A stretch of 64,000 nt of DNA from the NCBI GenBank assembly GCA_045544035.1, contig JAZPYE010000002.1, forward strand, positions 7,898 through 71,897, in the 5' to 3' direction. Positions 35,380 to 45,612 of this stretch are shown piece by piece. The DNA comes from Acutalibacteraceae bacterium (GTDB taxonomy: Bacteria; Bacillota; Clostridia; Oscillospirales; Acutalibacteraceae). The notes below the pieces were generated by a model. That model did not search any database. It had not been told where the DNA came from and saw nothing but the letters and a program-made list of their open reading frames with translations. A program made the position numbers and the translations under genes. Position 1 is the first letter of the stretch; every line of letters starts with the position of its first letter.

Positions 35380-35529
35380 CTATTTAAATGCACAGCTAAT
35401 TCCCAGAATTATCACGGCAATGGCGAGAACTCCCACCAAAAAATCCGACGGGCAAATGCAGGCAAGTGCAATTCCCACCGCAAAGGCTATTGCTAAAATC
35501 CCCTTATTAGTGCAGTTTTTCCTACGCAC
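35380..35529 (-). CDS. Possible 49-aa hydrophobic small protein (two TM segments)
   Basis: Own translation from GTG 35529: VRRKNCTNKGILAIAFAVGIALACICPSDFLVGVLAIAVIILGISCAFK. GGTGGTG lies 5 nt upstream. No family recognised. Confidence 0.3.
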   Translation of the reverse strand: MRRKNCTNKGILAIAFAVGIALACICPSDFLVGVLAIAVIILGISCAFK

Positions 35530-35595
35530 CCTGTCACCACCGTTTAAATAATTCTTACACTAACAGTATAAGCGGGCAGGTTGCAATTTGTTACA

Positions 35596-36483
35596 CTAAT
35601 TTTTTCTTTTGATCTCCCAAGGCTTCAAATCCTTGACCTCATTATAAAGGGCAACATAGCTTTCAAATCTGCTTTTTGAAATTTCACCCTTAATTACAGC
35701 CTCAATAACTGCACAGTCCTTTTCAGCTGTGTGAGAACAGCCCGTAAAACGGCAACCATTCAAAAAAGGCCCAAACTCTCTGAATAAAAACGGCAGATTT
35801 TCTTTAAAATCCAAATCAAATTTATCGTTTTCCACCGAGGCAAAGCCAGGCGTGTCAGCAACAAGACCGCCGTGTGAGTTTACAAAAAGCTCAACCGTTC
35901 GCGTTGTGTGGCGACCGCGACCCAGTTTACGGCTTACCTCACCCGTGGCAAAGGAAATTTCGGGCAAAAGACGAGATAAAATGCTGGATTTGCCAACACC
36001 TGAATTTCCCGCAAAGGCACAGGTGCAATTTTTAAGCTCAGATTTAATGTCCTCAACCTTTTCCCCGCTTTTGCAGGAAACGGTGTAGACCTTAAATCCC
36101 GCTTTTTCATAAATAGAAGCCCAAATTGAAAAATCGCCCAAATCACTTTTGTTGAAAATGAGAACGGGCTCAATTTCAGCCATTTCACAAATGGCGATAA
36201 GCCTGTCAATAAGCAGGGCATTGGGGGCAGGATTTTCGTAAGCAGACACGATAAACAGCTTATCAAGGTTTGCAATAAGCGGTCTTGCAAGACAGTTTTT
36301 ACGGGGCAAAATTTCCTCCACAACGCCACTTTTCTCGCTTGTTTTTGAAAAAAACACCCTATCGCCCACAATGGGAGAGATGTTTTCCTTGCGGAAAACA
36401 CCTCTTGCCTTGCATTCAAAAATACCCGTTTCGTTTTTTACATAATAAAAGCCCGAAATTGCTTTAATTATAATACCTTCCAT
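35596..36483 (-). CDS. rsgA: Ribosome small-subunit-dependent GTPase A
   Basis: 295 aa. Circularly permuted GTPase (NKSDL ... GNSGVGKSSI) and the C-terminal zinc knuckle C..C.H....C. Confidence 0.93.
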   Translation of the reverse strand: MEGIIIKAISGFYYVKNETGIFECKARGVFRKENISPIVGDRVFFSKTSEKSGVVEEILPRKNCLARPLIANLDKLFIVSAYENPAPNALLIDRLIAICEMAEIEPVLIFNKSDLGDFSIWASIYEKAGFKVYTVSCKSGEKVEDIKSELKNCTCAFAGNSGVGKSSILSRLLPEISFATGEVSRKLGRGRHTTRTVELFVNSHGGLVADTPGFASVENDKFDLDFKENLPFLFREFGPFLNGCRFTGCSHTAEKDCAVIEAVIKGEISKSRFESYVALYNEVKDLKPWEIKRKN

Positions 36484-36497
36484 TAAAAGTTCCTTTA

Positions 36498-38507
36498 CTA
36501 TACTTCTTCATTTTCTACTTCTTCATTTTCCACTTCTTCATTTTCTACTTCTTTTTTAGGATATTCATAGGTTGTTTCTTCCAGCACCTCATTTTTTTCA
36601 CAGTCCACCTTGTAATTCATATAATCCTCATAGGTGGGGTTTTCAGCACCATCGGAAAGCTTCACGGTAATGTTTTCCTGCTTTACTTTTGAGGTGAACT
36701 CAACAGAACAGGTTCCCTTTTTGTTAATTTCAATTTTGTTGGGAGTTTCGTAAATCATTTCGCCGCCACTCCAAACTGAAACCTTGCCTATATCATAAAT
36801 GAAATCGGTGGGAAGCTGAACATCCAGTTTAACGGTGTACTGTGTTTCACCATTGCTAACTTCAAGGTCAACTGCGGTGCCCTCGCCAATCTGCTCCTCC
36901 TGGTCAACCGAGGGGTTCTGTCCCACAACAACACCCTTCGGAGCAGGTGAATTGTAAACATAGGTTACAACTCCCACCTTAAGGCCATCCTTCTCGAGGC
37001 GCTTTTTGGCATCCTCTTCGGTAAGTCCGATAACATTAGGCAGGGTAACATAAACCGTGGGCTTGCCAAGACTCACATAAATTGTGATTTCATCACCCTC
37101 ATAGGCGCTAAAGCCGCGCTCGGGTTGGGTTTTAACTACCAGATTCTTATCGATGTTTTCATCATTAACCTTTTCAATATTGCACTTAAAACCAAGGTTT
37201 TCGAGGGCCGTTATGGCAGAAGCATCGGTGTAACCATAAACATCGGGGACAATAACGGTCTTTTTGCCCATGCTAACATAGGCGGTGATTGTGTTGCCTG
37301 CCTTTATCTTTTTACCTTCAGGCTTTGACTGCTGATAAATGTAACCGAATTCATATTCACTGTTATTTTTCCAAACAAAATCGATTTTGCTGAAAATTTC
37401 ATCATATTCCACGTTGTTATCAACAGCTTCCCAGTGCTGACCAACAAGTTTCGGGCAGGAAATTTCGCCGCCTGTACCGCCAAAAAGCTTGGGCAGGAAA
37501 ATTGAAAGAATAACGATAACACCGATAACGAAGGTAACCGCAATTCCTGCAAGAATGGGAATGATGGGTGATTTTTCTTCGCCCTCCTCCTCGGCCTCAT
37601 CATCAGGGTTTACATTTGAATCGGAAATATATTTTGTGGGCGAATTATCCACAAAATAGTTATAACCAAAGGTTGCGGCAGGGTCCTTCTTAAACTCCTC
37701 TAAATCGCAAAGCATTTCAGCTGCCGATTTATAACGGCGCTCGCTGTTTTTCTGCATTGCGTGCATTGTGATTTGTTCAAGCCCTTCGGGAATAGAGCCA
37801 TTGATGTCCCTTGGCATTTGGGGCTCTCTTTGAAGCTGCATAATAGCAACCGAAACGGCGCTGTCGGCCTCAAAGGGAAGCTGACCTGTAAGCATTTCAT
37901 AAAGCATTACACCAACGGAATAAATGTCTGCCTTTTCATCGGTAGCATCTCCCCTTGCCTGTTCGGGGCTGATATAATGAACCGAGCCAATTGCCTTATC
38001 GGTGATTGTTCTTTGCTCGCTTCTTGCAAAACGGGCAATGCCGAAATCGGTAACCTTGATGGTGCCATCGGATAAAACCATAATGTTTTGGGGTTTGATA
38101 TCACGGTGAACAATGCCCTTGTCGTGAGCATGCTGAAGACCCTTTAGAATTTGAACGGTGAAATAAAGGGCATCCTTCCAGCGGAGGCTTCCCTCCCTCT
38201 CGATAAGCTCTTTTAAAGTAATGCCGTCGATATACTCCATAACGATATACTGAATTAAATCACCAAAGCTAACATCGAAAACCTTTACAATGTTGGGGTG
38301 GGATAAAACGGCAATGGCCTTTGATTCGTTCTTAAAGCGGCGGGTAAATTCCTCGTTGGAAACAAACTCCTCCTTTAAGATTTTAACGGCAACGATTCGG
38401 TCTTCGATGTTGTCATATGCCTTGTAAACAACTGCCATACCGCCTACGCCGATTATTTCCTTAATTTCATAGCGACCGTCAAGGCGCTTTCCTACAAATC
38501 TATCCAT
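36498..38507 (-). CDS. prkC: Ser/Thr protein kinase with PASTA repeats
   Basis: Start at ATG 38507 after AGGAG. Hanks kinase motifs (GVGGMAVVYKA, HRDIKPQN, DFG), a TM segment and three PASTA-like repeats. The C-terminal tail is (VENEE)x3. Confidence 0.92.
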   Translation of the reverse strand: MDRFVGKRLDGRYEIKEIIGVGGMAVVYKAYDNIEDRIVAVKILKEEFVSNEEFTRRFKNESKAIAVLSHPNIVKVFDVSFGDLIQYIVMEYIDGITLKELIEREGSLRWKDALYFTVQILKGLQHAHDKGIVHRDIKPQNIMVLSDGTIKVTDFGIARFARSEQRTITDKAIGSVHYISPEQARGDATDEKADIYSVGVMLYEMLTGQLPFEADSAVSVAIMQLQREPQMPRDINGSIPEGLEQITMHAMQKNSERRYKSAAEMLCDLEEFKKDPAATFGYNYFVDNSPTKYISDSNVNPDDEAEEEGEEKSPIIPILAGIAVTFVIGVIVILSIFLPKLFGGTGGEISCPKLVGQHWEAVDNNVEYDEIFSKIDFVWKNNSEYEFGYIYQQSKPEGKKIKAGNTITAYVSMGKKTVIVPDVYGYTDASAITALENLGFKCNIEKVNDENIDKNLVVKTQPERGFSAYEGDEITIYVSLGKPTVYVTLPNVIGLTEEDAKKRLEKDGLKVGVVTYVYNSPAPKGVVVGQNPSVDQEEQIGEGTAVDLEVSNGETQYTVKLDVQLPTDFIYDIGKVSVWSGGEMIYETPNKIEINKKGTCSVEFTSKVKQENITVKLSDGAENPTYEDYMNYKVDCEKNEVLEETTYEYPKKEVENEEVENEEVENEEV
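36501..36551. repeat. 15-bp tandem repeat (about 3.4 copies) encoding the acidic prkC tail
   Basis: tacttcttcattttc / tacttcttcattttc / cacttcttcattttc / tacttc. Confidence 0.9.
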
Positions 38508-38521
38508 ACTTCTTTCTCCTA

Positions 38522-39274
38522 TCACACAATTTGGTCATTGAAAATAAGAACCGTTGTTATGTTATCCTTGCCGCCGCCATCGTTTGCCGCCGATACCAGC
38601 TGTGTCGTGGCATTCTCGCAGGATGACTCGCTGATAATTTTTATGATTTCCTCGGAGCTTAGCATATTGGAAAGCCCATCGGTGCAAATAAGCAGCATAT
38701 CCTTATCACACAAATCAAGCTCGTTATAATCAATGTTAAGGTCTTCCTCAACACCAAGTGCTCGGGTGATGATATTTTTCCTGGGGTCACTTTTGGCTTC
38801 ATCGGCCGTAATCTGACCACTTTCTATCATACGCTGCACCATAGAATGGTCGGTTGTGATTTGGGAAAGTGTGTTATTCCTTATTAGATAGGCACGGCTG
38901 TCACCCACGTGAACAATGTGAGACACCGCCTTTGTTGCAATCACCGCAACCACTGTTGTTCCCATTCCCTTAAGCTCTTCGTTTTTTGATGCAGCATCAA
39001 AAACCTCAACATTTGCCGACATAACCGCTGAGCAGAGCAGGTTTTTAATTTGGGAAGCGTTCATATTCGGTTGCCAGGAACGCAAAACATAATCATAAAT
39101 CATCTTGGTAGCCAGCGCGCTTGCAACATTACCTGCATTTGCGCCGCCCATGCCATCACAAACAACGGCAAGTGCTGCACCGCCCTCTAAAATTCGGGCA
39201 ATATACGCATCCTGATTAATTTCCCGTGATTTACCCACATCGGTTTCACAAAAAATTCTCACTTTAAGTTTCAC
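38522..39274 (-). CDS. stp: PP2C family Ser/Thr phosphatase (Stp/PrpC)
   Basis: Probable GTG start at 39274 (VKLKVRIFCETDVGKSREINQD), which overlaps the rlmN stop. Motifs VCDGMGG and DGLSN. Confidence 0.88.
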   Translation of the reverse strand: MKLKVRIFCETDVGKSREINQDAYIARILEGGAALAVVCDGMGGANAGNVASALATKMIYDYVLRSWQPNMNASQIKNLLCSAVMSANVEVFDAASKNEELKGMGTTVVAVIATKAVSHIVHVGDSRAYLIRNNTLSQITTDHSMVQRMIESGQITADEAKSDPRKNIITRALGVEEDLNIDYNELDLCDKDMLLICTDGLSNMLSSEEIIKIISESSCENATTQLVSAANDGGGKDNITTVLIFNDQIV

Positions 39275-40298
39275 ACCCTTCTTTTCGCCGCAGTTGTCCG
39301 CAAGAGGCCTCAATATCAGCACCCAGCGTTCGGCGAATTGTTGAATTTAATCCTTTTTTATTTAATAACTCACAAAAAAACATAATTTGTTTTTTATCGG
39401 GTTTTTTAAACTGTGTTTCTGCAACGGGATTTGCAGGAATAAGGTTAACGTGACACATTATTCCTTTAAGCTTTTTGGCCAGCATTTCGGCACACTCCTC
39501 GGTGTCGTTAACGCCACTCATCAGGGCATATTCAAAAGAAATTCTTCGTCCCGTTGCGCTTTGATATTTTTTGCAGGCATCAAGCAGTGCGCCAACATTC
39601 CACTTTTTATTAACCCGCATAATTTTATCCCTTATTTCATCGCTTGGCGCGTGGAGTGAAATGGAAAGGGTTATGGGGAATTTATATTCGGCAAGCTTTA
39701 AAATGCCGCTAACCACGCCCGAGGTTGAAAGAGAGATGTGTCGAAGCCCAATGTTCATTCCCTTTTCATGGGATACGAGCTTTAAAAATCGCACGGAATT
39801 TTCAAAGTTATCAAGAGGCTCGCCCATTCCCATCATCACAACATTGCTAACTCTTATACCGTTATCCTTTTGGGCGAAAAGCAACTGTGCAATCATTTCA
39901 GAGGCGGTTAAATTCCTTGCAAGACCGTTTATGCCCGACGCACAAAAGCTACAACCCATTCGGCAACCAACCTGGGTTGAAATGCACACGGTGTAGCCGT
40001 GGTTATATTTCATTAAAACTGATTCAATAAGCTGTCCGTCAAAAAGGCGGTAAAGATACTTAACAGTACCATCCAGCCTGCTTTCAAGGCGGCGGACAAT
40101 TTCCACATTTGCAATGTAGCATTTTTCCTCAAGCTTTTCTCTGAGCGCCTTTGAAAGATTGGTCATTTCCTCAAAAGAGGTTGCCCCTGAATGCAGCCAC
40201 TTAAAAATTTGTGCGGCACGGAACTTTGGCTCGCCCATTTCCTTTAAAAGTGCTTCAAGCTCCTCTAAATAAAGGGACTTAACATCTATCTTATCCAA
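39264..40298 (-). CDS. rlmN: 23S rRNA/tRNA (adenine-C2)-methyltransferase, radical SAM
   Basis: 344 aa with the cluster motif CRMGCSFCASG and C-terminal ...DIEASCGQL. Confidence 0.95.
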   Translation of the reverse strand: MDKIDVKSLYLEELEALLKEMGEPKFRAAQIFKWLHSGATSFEEMTNLSKALREKLEEKCYIANVEIVRRLESRLDGTVKYLYRLFDGQLIESVLMKYNHGYTVCISTQVGCRMGCSFCASGINGLARNLTASEMIAQLLFAQKDNGIRVSNVVMMGMGEPLDNFENSVRFLKLVSHEKGMNIGLRHISLSTSGVVSGILKLAEYKFPITLSISLHAPSDEIRDKIMRVNKKWNVGALLDACKKYQSATGRRISFEYALMSGVNDTEECAEMLAKKLKGIMCHVNLIPANPVAETQFKKPDKKQIMFFCELLNKKGLNSTIRRTLGADIEASCGQLRRKEGCET

Positions 40299-40316
40299 GG
40301 GTTCACCTCTTCTTCA

Positions 40317-41591
40317 TCAGTTAATTTCAATCAGTGCGGTGTAAAATCCGTCAGCCGTTTCCTTATGGGGTAAAAATGTATGCTCATACCTTAAAACGGC
40401 ATTTTTATTTTCCATTAAAAAGGCCTTTACAATTTCCTCGTTTTCGGCCTTTCTTATTGTGCAGGTGGAGTAAAGAATTCTGCCGCCCTTTTTAACCACC
40501 GCCCCGGCATTCCTTAAAATTTGACCTTGAATTTTCTCAAGTTCCTCAAGGTCTCTCTGTGCGTTATACTTTATGTCGGGCTTCCTGCGCAATATGCCAA
40601 GTCCCGAACAGGGAACATCACATAAAACGGCATCAAAGGGCTCGTTAAAGTCAAGGGGCTTTGTGGCATCAAGGGTTTTGGTGGTGATAATGTCGATACC
40701 AAGCCTTTTTGCTCCCTCGCTTATAAGCCGTGTTCGGTGCTCATAAAGGTCACAGGAAAAAAGTGTGCCTTTATTATTCATAAGCTGTGCTACCAAAAAG
40801 GATTTTCCACCTGGGGCGGCACAAAGGTCCAAAATGCGCTCGTTTTCCCTAGGCTCTAAAAGCGCGGCACATTTTTGACTTGATAAATCCTGAACATGGA
40901 AAAGTCCCTCTTTAAAAAGCCCATTATCATTAAAGGTCATACCGCCGCAAATTTCCACCGCATTTTCGGTTTCGGTGGGCTTTGCCTGAATTCCCTGCTC
41001 ACTAAATTTTAAAATCAAAGCATCAATGTCGGTTTTAAGGGTGTTTACCCTTAAATAAAGGGGTGCCGCCTTGAGAGAAGCCTCTAGAAGCTGCTTGGCA
41101 TCATCAAGAGAATAGTCCCTGATAAAATTTTCAACAATCCATTTAGGGCAAGAGTATTTAACCGAAAGGTCATCTACTGTGTCCCCTTTTGGCAGTTCAA
41201 CAGGATTTCTCAAAAAATTTCTGAGTACAGCGTTAACAAAGCCGCTCATGTAGGATTCTTTCGAGTTTTTCATAAGCTTAACTGCCTCGTTAACTGCGGC
41301 GGAATCGGGAATTTTATCAAGATAAACAATTTGATAAAGGGCGCTTCTAAGCACACAAAGGGTGAAGGGCTTAATTTTGCCGACAGGTGTTTTGATAAGC
41401 TTTGAAAGAAAATAATCAAGGGTTATCTTTCGGTCTAAAACACCGTAAAAAATATTGCTTATAAGGGCTTTATCCTGACCGCTTAAATCAGGGTTTTCTT
41501 TAAAGAAAGCGGCAAGGGTTAAATTGGAATAAGATTTTTCCTTTTCCACCTCTAAAAGCGCCTTTACCGCAATTTTTCTTGCATTAGCCAT
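40317..41591 (-). CDS. rsmB: 16S rRNA (cytosine967-C5)-methyltransferase
   Basis: 424 aa. NusB-like N-terminal domain. Motifs DLCAAPGGKS, DVPCSGLG and catalytic YSTCT. Confidence 0.93.
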   Translation of the reverse strand: MANARKIAVKALLEVEKEKSYSNLTLAAFFKENPDLSGQDKALISNIFYGVLDRKITLDYFLSKLIKTPVGKIKPFTLCVLRSALYQIVYLDKIPDSAAVNEAVKLMKNSKESYMSGFVNAVLRNFLRNPVELPKGDTVDDLSVKYSCPKWIVENFIRDYSLDDAKQLLEASLKAAPLYLRVNTLKTDIDALILKFSEQGIQAKPTETENAVEICGGMTFNDNGLFKEGLFHVQDLSSQKCAALLEPRENERILDLCAAPGGKSFLVAQLMNNKGTLFSCDLYEHRTRLISEGAKRLGIDIITTKTLDATKPLDFNEPFDAVLCDVPCSGLGILRRKPDIKYNAQRDLEELEKIQGQILRNAGAVVKKGGRILYSTCTIRKAENEEIVKAFLMENKNAVLRYEHTFLPHKETADGFYTALIEIN

Positions 41592-41605
41592 AATTTTAAA
41601 ATCCT

Positions 41606-42526
41606 TTAAAGCCTTGTGCCAACAGGCACGGCATTACCGCAAAGGAATGCTCTCGCATCCATTGGCTTTGAGCCTTCGATTTGAAGCTTTGTAAACTTTA
41701 ACGCGGTGTTCTCACCGCAGGAAACAACAAATTCGTTTTTACTTTTTAAAACGGTTCCTACACTGCCATCACCCACGGTTACCTCGGCACTATAAACCTT
41801 AACACGCTTGCCGTTAAGGCTAAAATATGCCACAGGCCAGCCCGAAAAGGCACGAATAAGGAGGTGCAGCTCTTTGGCATTTTTGGTAAAATCCAAAAGG
41901 CCCATTTCTTTTTTTATTATTGGAGCGTAGGTTACGCCAATTTCGCCCTGGGGTTTTTGAGTAATGCTACCCTTTTCAATTTTTTCAAGGGTTGAACACA
42001 TAAGCTGAGCACCAAGAATGGATAGCCTATCGTGCAGGGTTTCGGCGGTGTCGGTGTCCGAAATTTCGGTGGTCACGGTTTCCAGCATATCGCCTGTGTC
42101 CATTCCCACATCCATAAGCATTGTGGTGACACCAGTAATCTTGTCACCACAAACAATAGACCACTGAATGGGTGAAGCGCCTCTGTGACGGGGCAAAAGA
42201 GATGCGTGACCGTTAATGCATTTATATTTGGGCAAATCAAGGATTTCCCGAGGTAAAATCTTGCCGTAGGCCACAACAACAATAATTTCGGGGTCAAGCT
42301 CTTTTAAAATTTCATAAGCCGCACCATCTTTAAGGGTTGTTGGCTGGAAAACCTTTATACCGTTTTTCTCGGCCTCAACCTTAACGGGCGGAGGGGTTAA
42401 AACCTGCTTTCTTCCAACGGGCTTATCGGGCTGTGTGAAAACACCCACAACGCTGTGACCTGAGGAAATCAGAGCCTTTAGGGTGGGCACCGCAAAATCG
42501 GGTGTGCCCATAAAAACTATTCTCAT
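41606..42526 (-). CDS. fmt: Methionyl-tRNA formyltransferase
   Basis: 306 aa. Motifs MRIVFMGTPDFAVP, HASLLPRHRGASPIQ. Confidence 0.96.
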   Translation of the reverse strand: MRIVFMGTPDFAVPTLKALISSGHSVVGVFTQPDKPVGRKQVLTPPPVKVEAEKNGIKVFQPTTLKDGAAYEILKELDPEIIVVVAYGKILPREILDLPKYKCINGHASLLPRHRGASPIQWSIVCGDKITGVTTMLMDVGMDTGDMLETVTTEISDTDTAETLHDRLSILGAQLMCSTLEKIEKGSITQKPQGEIGVTYAPIIKKEMGLLDFTKNAKELHLLIRAFSGWPVAYFSLNGKRVKVYSAEVTVGDGSVGTVLKSKNEFVVSCGENTALKFTKLQIEGSKPMDARAFLCGNAVPVGTRL

Positions 42527-42966
42527 TTACGAATTAGCCTTTCCTTATAAATTATGCCGTTTAAATGGTCAATTTCGTGGCAAAACGCCCTGGCTTTTAG
42601 TCCTTCACCGGAAACAGTAAAGGTGTTTCCAAATCTATCCTGAGCGCGAACGGTAACCTTCATTGGTCTTTTGGTAACGCCACTTTCCCCAGGAAGTGAG
42701 AGACAGCCCTCAACCTCGGTTTGAACGCCGCTTTCCTCTATAATGACAGGGTTAATAAGCTCAACCAGGCCATCACCAACATCAACAATGCAGTAGCGCC
42801 TTAAAATTCCAATTTGGGGTGCGGCAAGGCCCACGCCCTCGGCGGCATACATAGTTTCCTTCATATCATCAAGAATTGTAGCCAGCTTTTCATCAAAATC
42901 AAGCTGTGTGCGGCAAACCTTGTGAAGAATTTCATCGCCAATTTTAACAATGTTACGAATTGCCAT
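42523..42966 (-). CDS. def: Peptide deformylase
   Basis: 147 aa. Motifs GVGLAAPQIG, EGCLS and HEIDH. Confidence 0.96.
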   Translation of the reverse strand: MAIRNIVKIGDEILHKVCRTQLDFDEKLATILDDMKETMYAAEGVGLAAPQIGILRRYCIVDVGDGLVELINPVIIEESGVQTEVEGCLSLPGESGVTKRPMKVTVRAQDRFGNTFTVSGEGLKARAFCHEIDHLNGIIYKERLIRK

Positions 42967-42979
42967 TTTTTCCTCCGTA

Positions 42980-45394
42980 TTAAATGATACTCTCGGGGTT
43001 TATATCCACAAACACCGAGGTATCGGAACTTTTTTTAACATTAACTGCTTTGTGCAGCATTTCTCTGAATTTTTTTGAGTTTTTGGTTTTTATAATCATT
43101 CGGTAGCGGTAACGGTTGTTAATTCTTGAAACCATTGCAGGTGCGGGACCGAGAATTACAAGTTTAATATCCTCATAACCGCTATTTAAAAGATTTTTTA
43201 TGTTATCAAAAATATTTCCTATTGCCTGCGAAGCATTTTCACGGGTAGCCGATGATGTGCCCACAAGAACAATGTCACAATAGGGTGGGTAAATCATAAG
43301 CTTTCGGGTTAAAATTTCCTCACCGTAAAACGCCTCGTAATCCTGCGCGGCGGCAAGCCTTATAACATTTGCCTCGGGGTGAAGGGTTTGGATAATAGCG
43401 GTGCCCTTGTCATTTCCCCTGCCTGCCCTGCCCACAACCTGGGTGAGCAGCGAAAAGGTACGTTCAAAGCTGCGAAAATCCTCGCTGTACATTGCCGAAT
43501 CAATGCCTAAAACGCCAACAAGGGTTACGTTTGGAAAGTTAAGACCCTTTGCAACCATTTGGGTGCCAAGCATAATTTGGTATTCCCCGCGGCTAAATGC
43601 GGCAAGCTTTTCATCAAAGGAATTTCTAGCAGAGGTGGTATCGGCATCAAGGCGCAAAATACTCACATTTTCAAAAATTTCTTTAATCTCCTGCTCAACC
43701 TTTTGGGTGCCAACACCCATAAATTTAAGGTGTTTGCCCGAGCATTTCGGGCAGGTCGAATCGGCAGGAATAGAGTGACCGCAATAATGACACATAAGGC
43801 GATTGTTTGCCGAATGATAGGTCATTGAAATGCTGCAGTTAGGACAGGTCACAACCTCGCCACAGGAAGAACAGGAAATAACTGTATTGTGTCCCCTGCG
43901 GTTAAGAAGCAAAATTGCCTGCTTACCTTTGTTTATGGTGTCGGTTAGCGCATTTTTAAGCTCGGTGCTGAGTGCTGAGGTGTTACCGTTTAGAATTTGA
44001 CTTCGCATATCAACGGTGATAACCTCGGGCAAAACAGCATTTCCAAAACGATTTTTAAGGGTTGCAAGGTTATAAAACCCAGCTCTGGCCGCTGCAAAGG
44101 TTTCAAGGGATGGCGTGGCCGATGCCAACACAAGCCCAGCACCATTGTAAGCGGCACGAAAACGGGCAACATCCCTTGCGTGAAAGCGGGGTGCCGATTC
44201 CGATTTATAGGTGTGCTCCTGCTCCTCATCCATTATAATGAGGCCAAGATTTTTAACCGGGGCAAAAACTGCCGAGCGTGTGCCAATGGCAATAACAGCC
44301 TCACCTGAATTTACACGGCGCCACTCATCCATTCTTTGTCCCATTGACATTGCCGAATGGAAAACGGCGATTTTACTGCCATAGCGTTTACCGAAAATTT
44401 CAATGGTTTGGGGGGTCAGAGAAATTTCGGGCACCATTATGATAACGCCCTTCCCCTGATTTAGGGCACTGTCAACAAGTTTTAAATAAACCTGAGTTTT
44501 GCCACTGCCTGTTATTCCGTAAATCAGCCAAGGTTTTTGTCTTTGCTCATTTAAGGATTCGGCAATGCGGCAAAAGGCTTCGTTTTGCTCATTGGTAAGT
44601 TCAATTTTCGTTGCCTCTCCCGTGCCCTCAAAACGATAGGGGGTTCTGTAAACATCCTTTTGAAAGGTTTCCAGCACCTTTTTCCTCTCCAGCGCCTCAA
44701 CAACGCTTAAGGAAACACCTGTAAAATAGGCAATTTCCTTAACGCTTAAAGGGCCCTCCTTTAAAAGGAGCTCCACAACCTCGTTTTGCTTTGGGGTGAG
44801 TTTAAAAGAGGAAAGCTGTGTTTCCTCTATAATGAGCCTTGCGCTTTTAAGTTTTGCCTCACTCACCTGGCGGATAAGGGAATTTTGCGGCTGGATAACA
44901 CCCTTTTTAACAAGGGAGTTAATGGCGGCAAGATAGGCGGGGTTATTGCTTAAAATTTGACTTTTTGTAATGGTGGAACGGTTCTTAATAATGGTTAAAA
45001 CCGCATTTTCATCATCACTTAAACCATCAGTGTCCCCTAAAACCGTGTAGGTTTCATCGGTTTTAAGGTTGATTCCCACAGGCAAAACCGTTCGCACCGC
45101 ATCAAAATAGGTGCAAAAGGTGTTCTCGTGGAGCCAAACGCAAAGCTTCAGCATTTCATCATTTAAAATGGGGGTTTCATCAATAACAGCGCAAATGCTC
45201 TTTAAATTTTCGGCATTTTCCTCTGTAATTTTGAGAACAACGCCCTGCCTTAAGGAGTTACCTCGGCCAAAGGGCACCACAACGCGACAGCCTGCGCTTA
45301 AAAAGAAATGTGGGGGAACAGCATAGCTGTAGGGCTTATCAAAATCGAACGCAGTGCTTTCAAGCACAACCTGTGCCACCTGCAATTTATTCAA
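42980..45394 (-). CDS. priA: Primosomal protein N' (replication restart helicase)
   Basis: 804 aa. Walker A GITGSGKT. DEEQ/DExH box (IIMDEEQEH). Cys-rich zinc insert CSSCGEVVTCPNCSISMTYH....CHYCG. Confidence 0.96.
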   Translation of the reverse strand: MNKLQVAQVVLESTAFDFDKPYSYAVPPHFFLSAGCRVVVPFGRGNSLRQGVVLKITEENAENLKSICAVIDETPILNDEMLKLCVWLHENTFCTYFDAVRTVLPVGINLKTDETYTVLGDTDGLSDDENAVLTIIKNRSTITKSQILSNNPAYLAAINSLVKKGVIQPQNSLIRQVSEAKLKSARLIIEETQLSSFKLTPKQNEVVELLLKEGPLSVKEIAYFTGVSLSVVEALERKKVLETFQKDVYRTPYRFEGTGEATKIELTNEQNEAFCRIAESLNEQRQKPWLIYGITGSGKTQVYLKLVDSALNQGKGVIIMVPEISLTPQTIEIFGKRYGSKIAVFHSAMSMGQRMDEWRRVNSGEAVIAIGTRSAVFAPVKNLGLIIMDEEQEHTYKSESAPRFHARDVARFRAAYNGAGLVLASATPSLETFAAARAGFYNLATLKNRFGNAVLPEVITVDMRSQILNGNTSALSTELKNALTDTINKGKQAILLLNRRGHNTVISCSSCGEVVTCPNCSISMTYHSANNRLMCHYCGHSIPADSTCPKCSGKHLKFMGVGTQKVEQEIKEIFENVSILRLDADTTSARNSFDEKLAAFSRGEYQIMLGTQMVAKGLNFPNVTLVGVLGIDSAMYSEDFRSFERTFSLLTQVVGRAGRGNDKGTAIIQTLHPEANVIRLAAAQDYEAFYGEEILTRKLMIYPPYCDIVLVGTSSATRENASQAIGNIFDNIKNLLNSGYEDIKLVILGPAPAMVSRINNRYRYRMIIKTKNSKKFREMLHKAVNVKKSSDTSVFVDINPESII

Positions 45395-45429
45395 TTTCCC
45401 TCACCCCCAAAGCATTTTTTAAAAAAGAA

Positions 45430-45612
45430 TTAGATAAGTTCTTTTTCCTTTGCAAGCTTGTCTATTGCAAGGCTTACGGTTTTCTCAATGATGATTTCTC
45501 CTCTTTCCTCAGCCTTCTTGGCAATCTCTCTTGCCTCTTTTGCAACATCAACAACAAGTCTGTAACGATTTTCGTAATTTTCAATAAGTTTTCCGATTGC
45601 GGGGTCTAACAT
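45430..45612 (-). CDS. rpoZ: DNA-directed RNA polymerase subunit omega
   Basis: 60 aa (NRYRLVVDVAKEAREI) in the conserved gmk-rpoZ context. Confidence 0.9.
   Translation of the reverse strand: MLDPAIGKLIENYENRYRLVVDVAKEAREIAKKAEERGEIIIEKTVSLAIDKLAKEKELI

Noticed and set aside
35293-35496. 67-aa plus-strand ORF between the M23 peptidase gene and rsgA
   Set aside because: The opposite strand encodes a clear spoVM homologue with an RBS and a terminator, plus a second small hydrophobic ORF. The plus-strand ORF has no RBS and no recognisable features.
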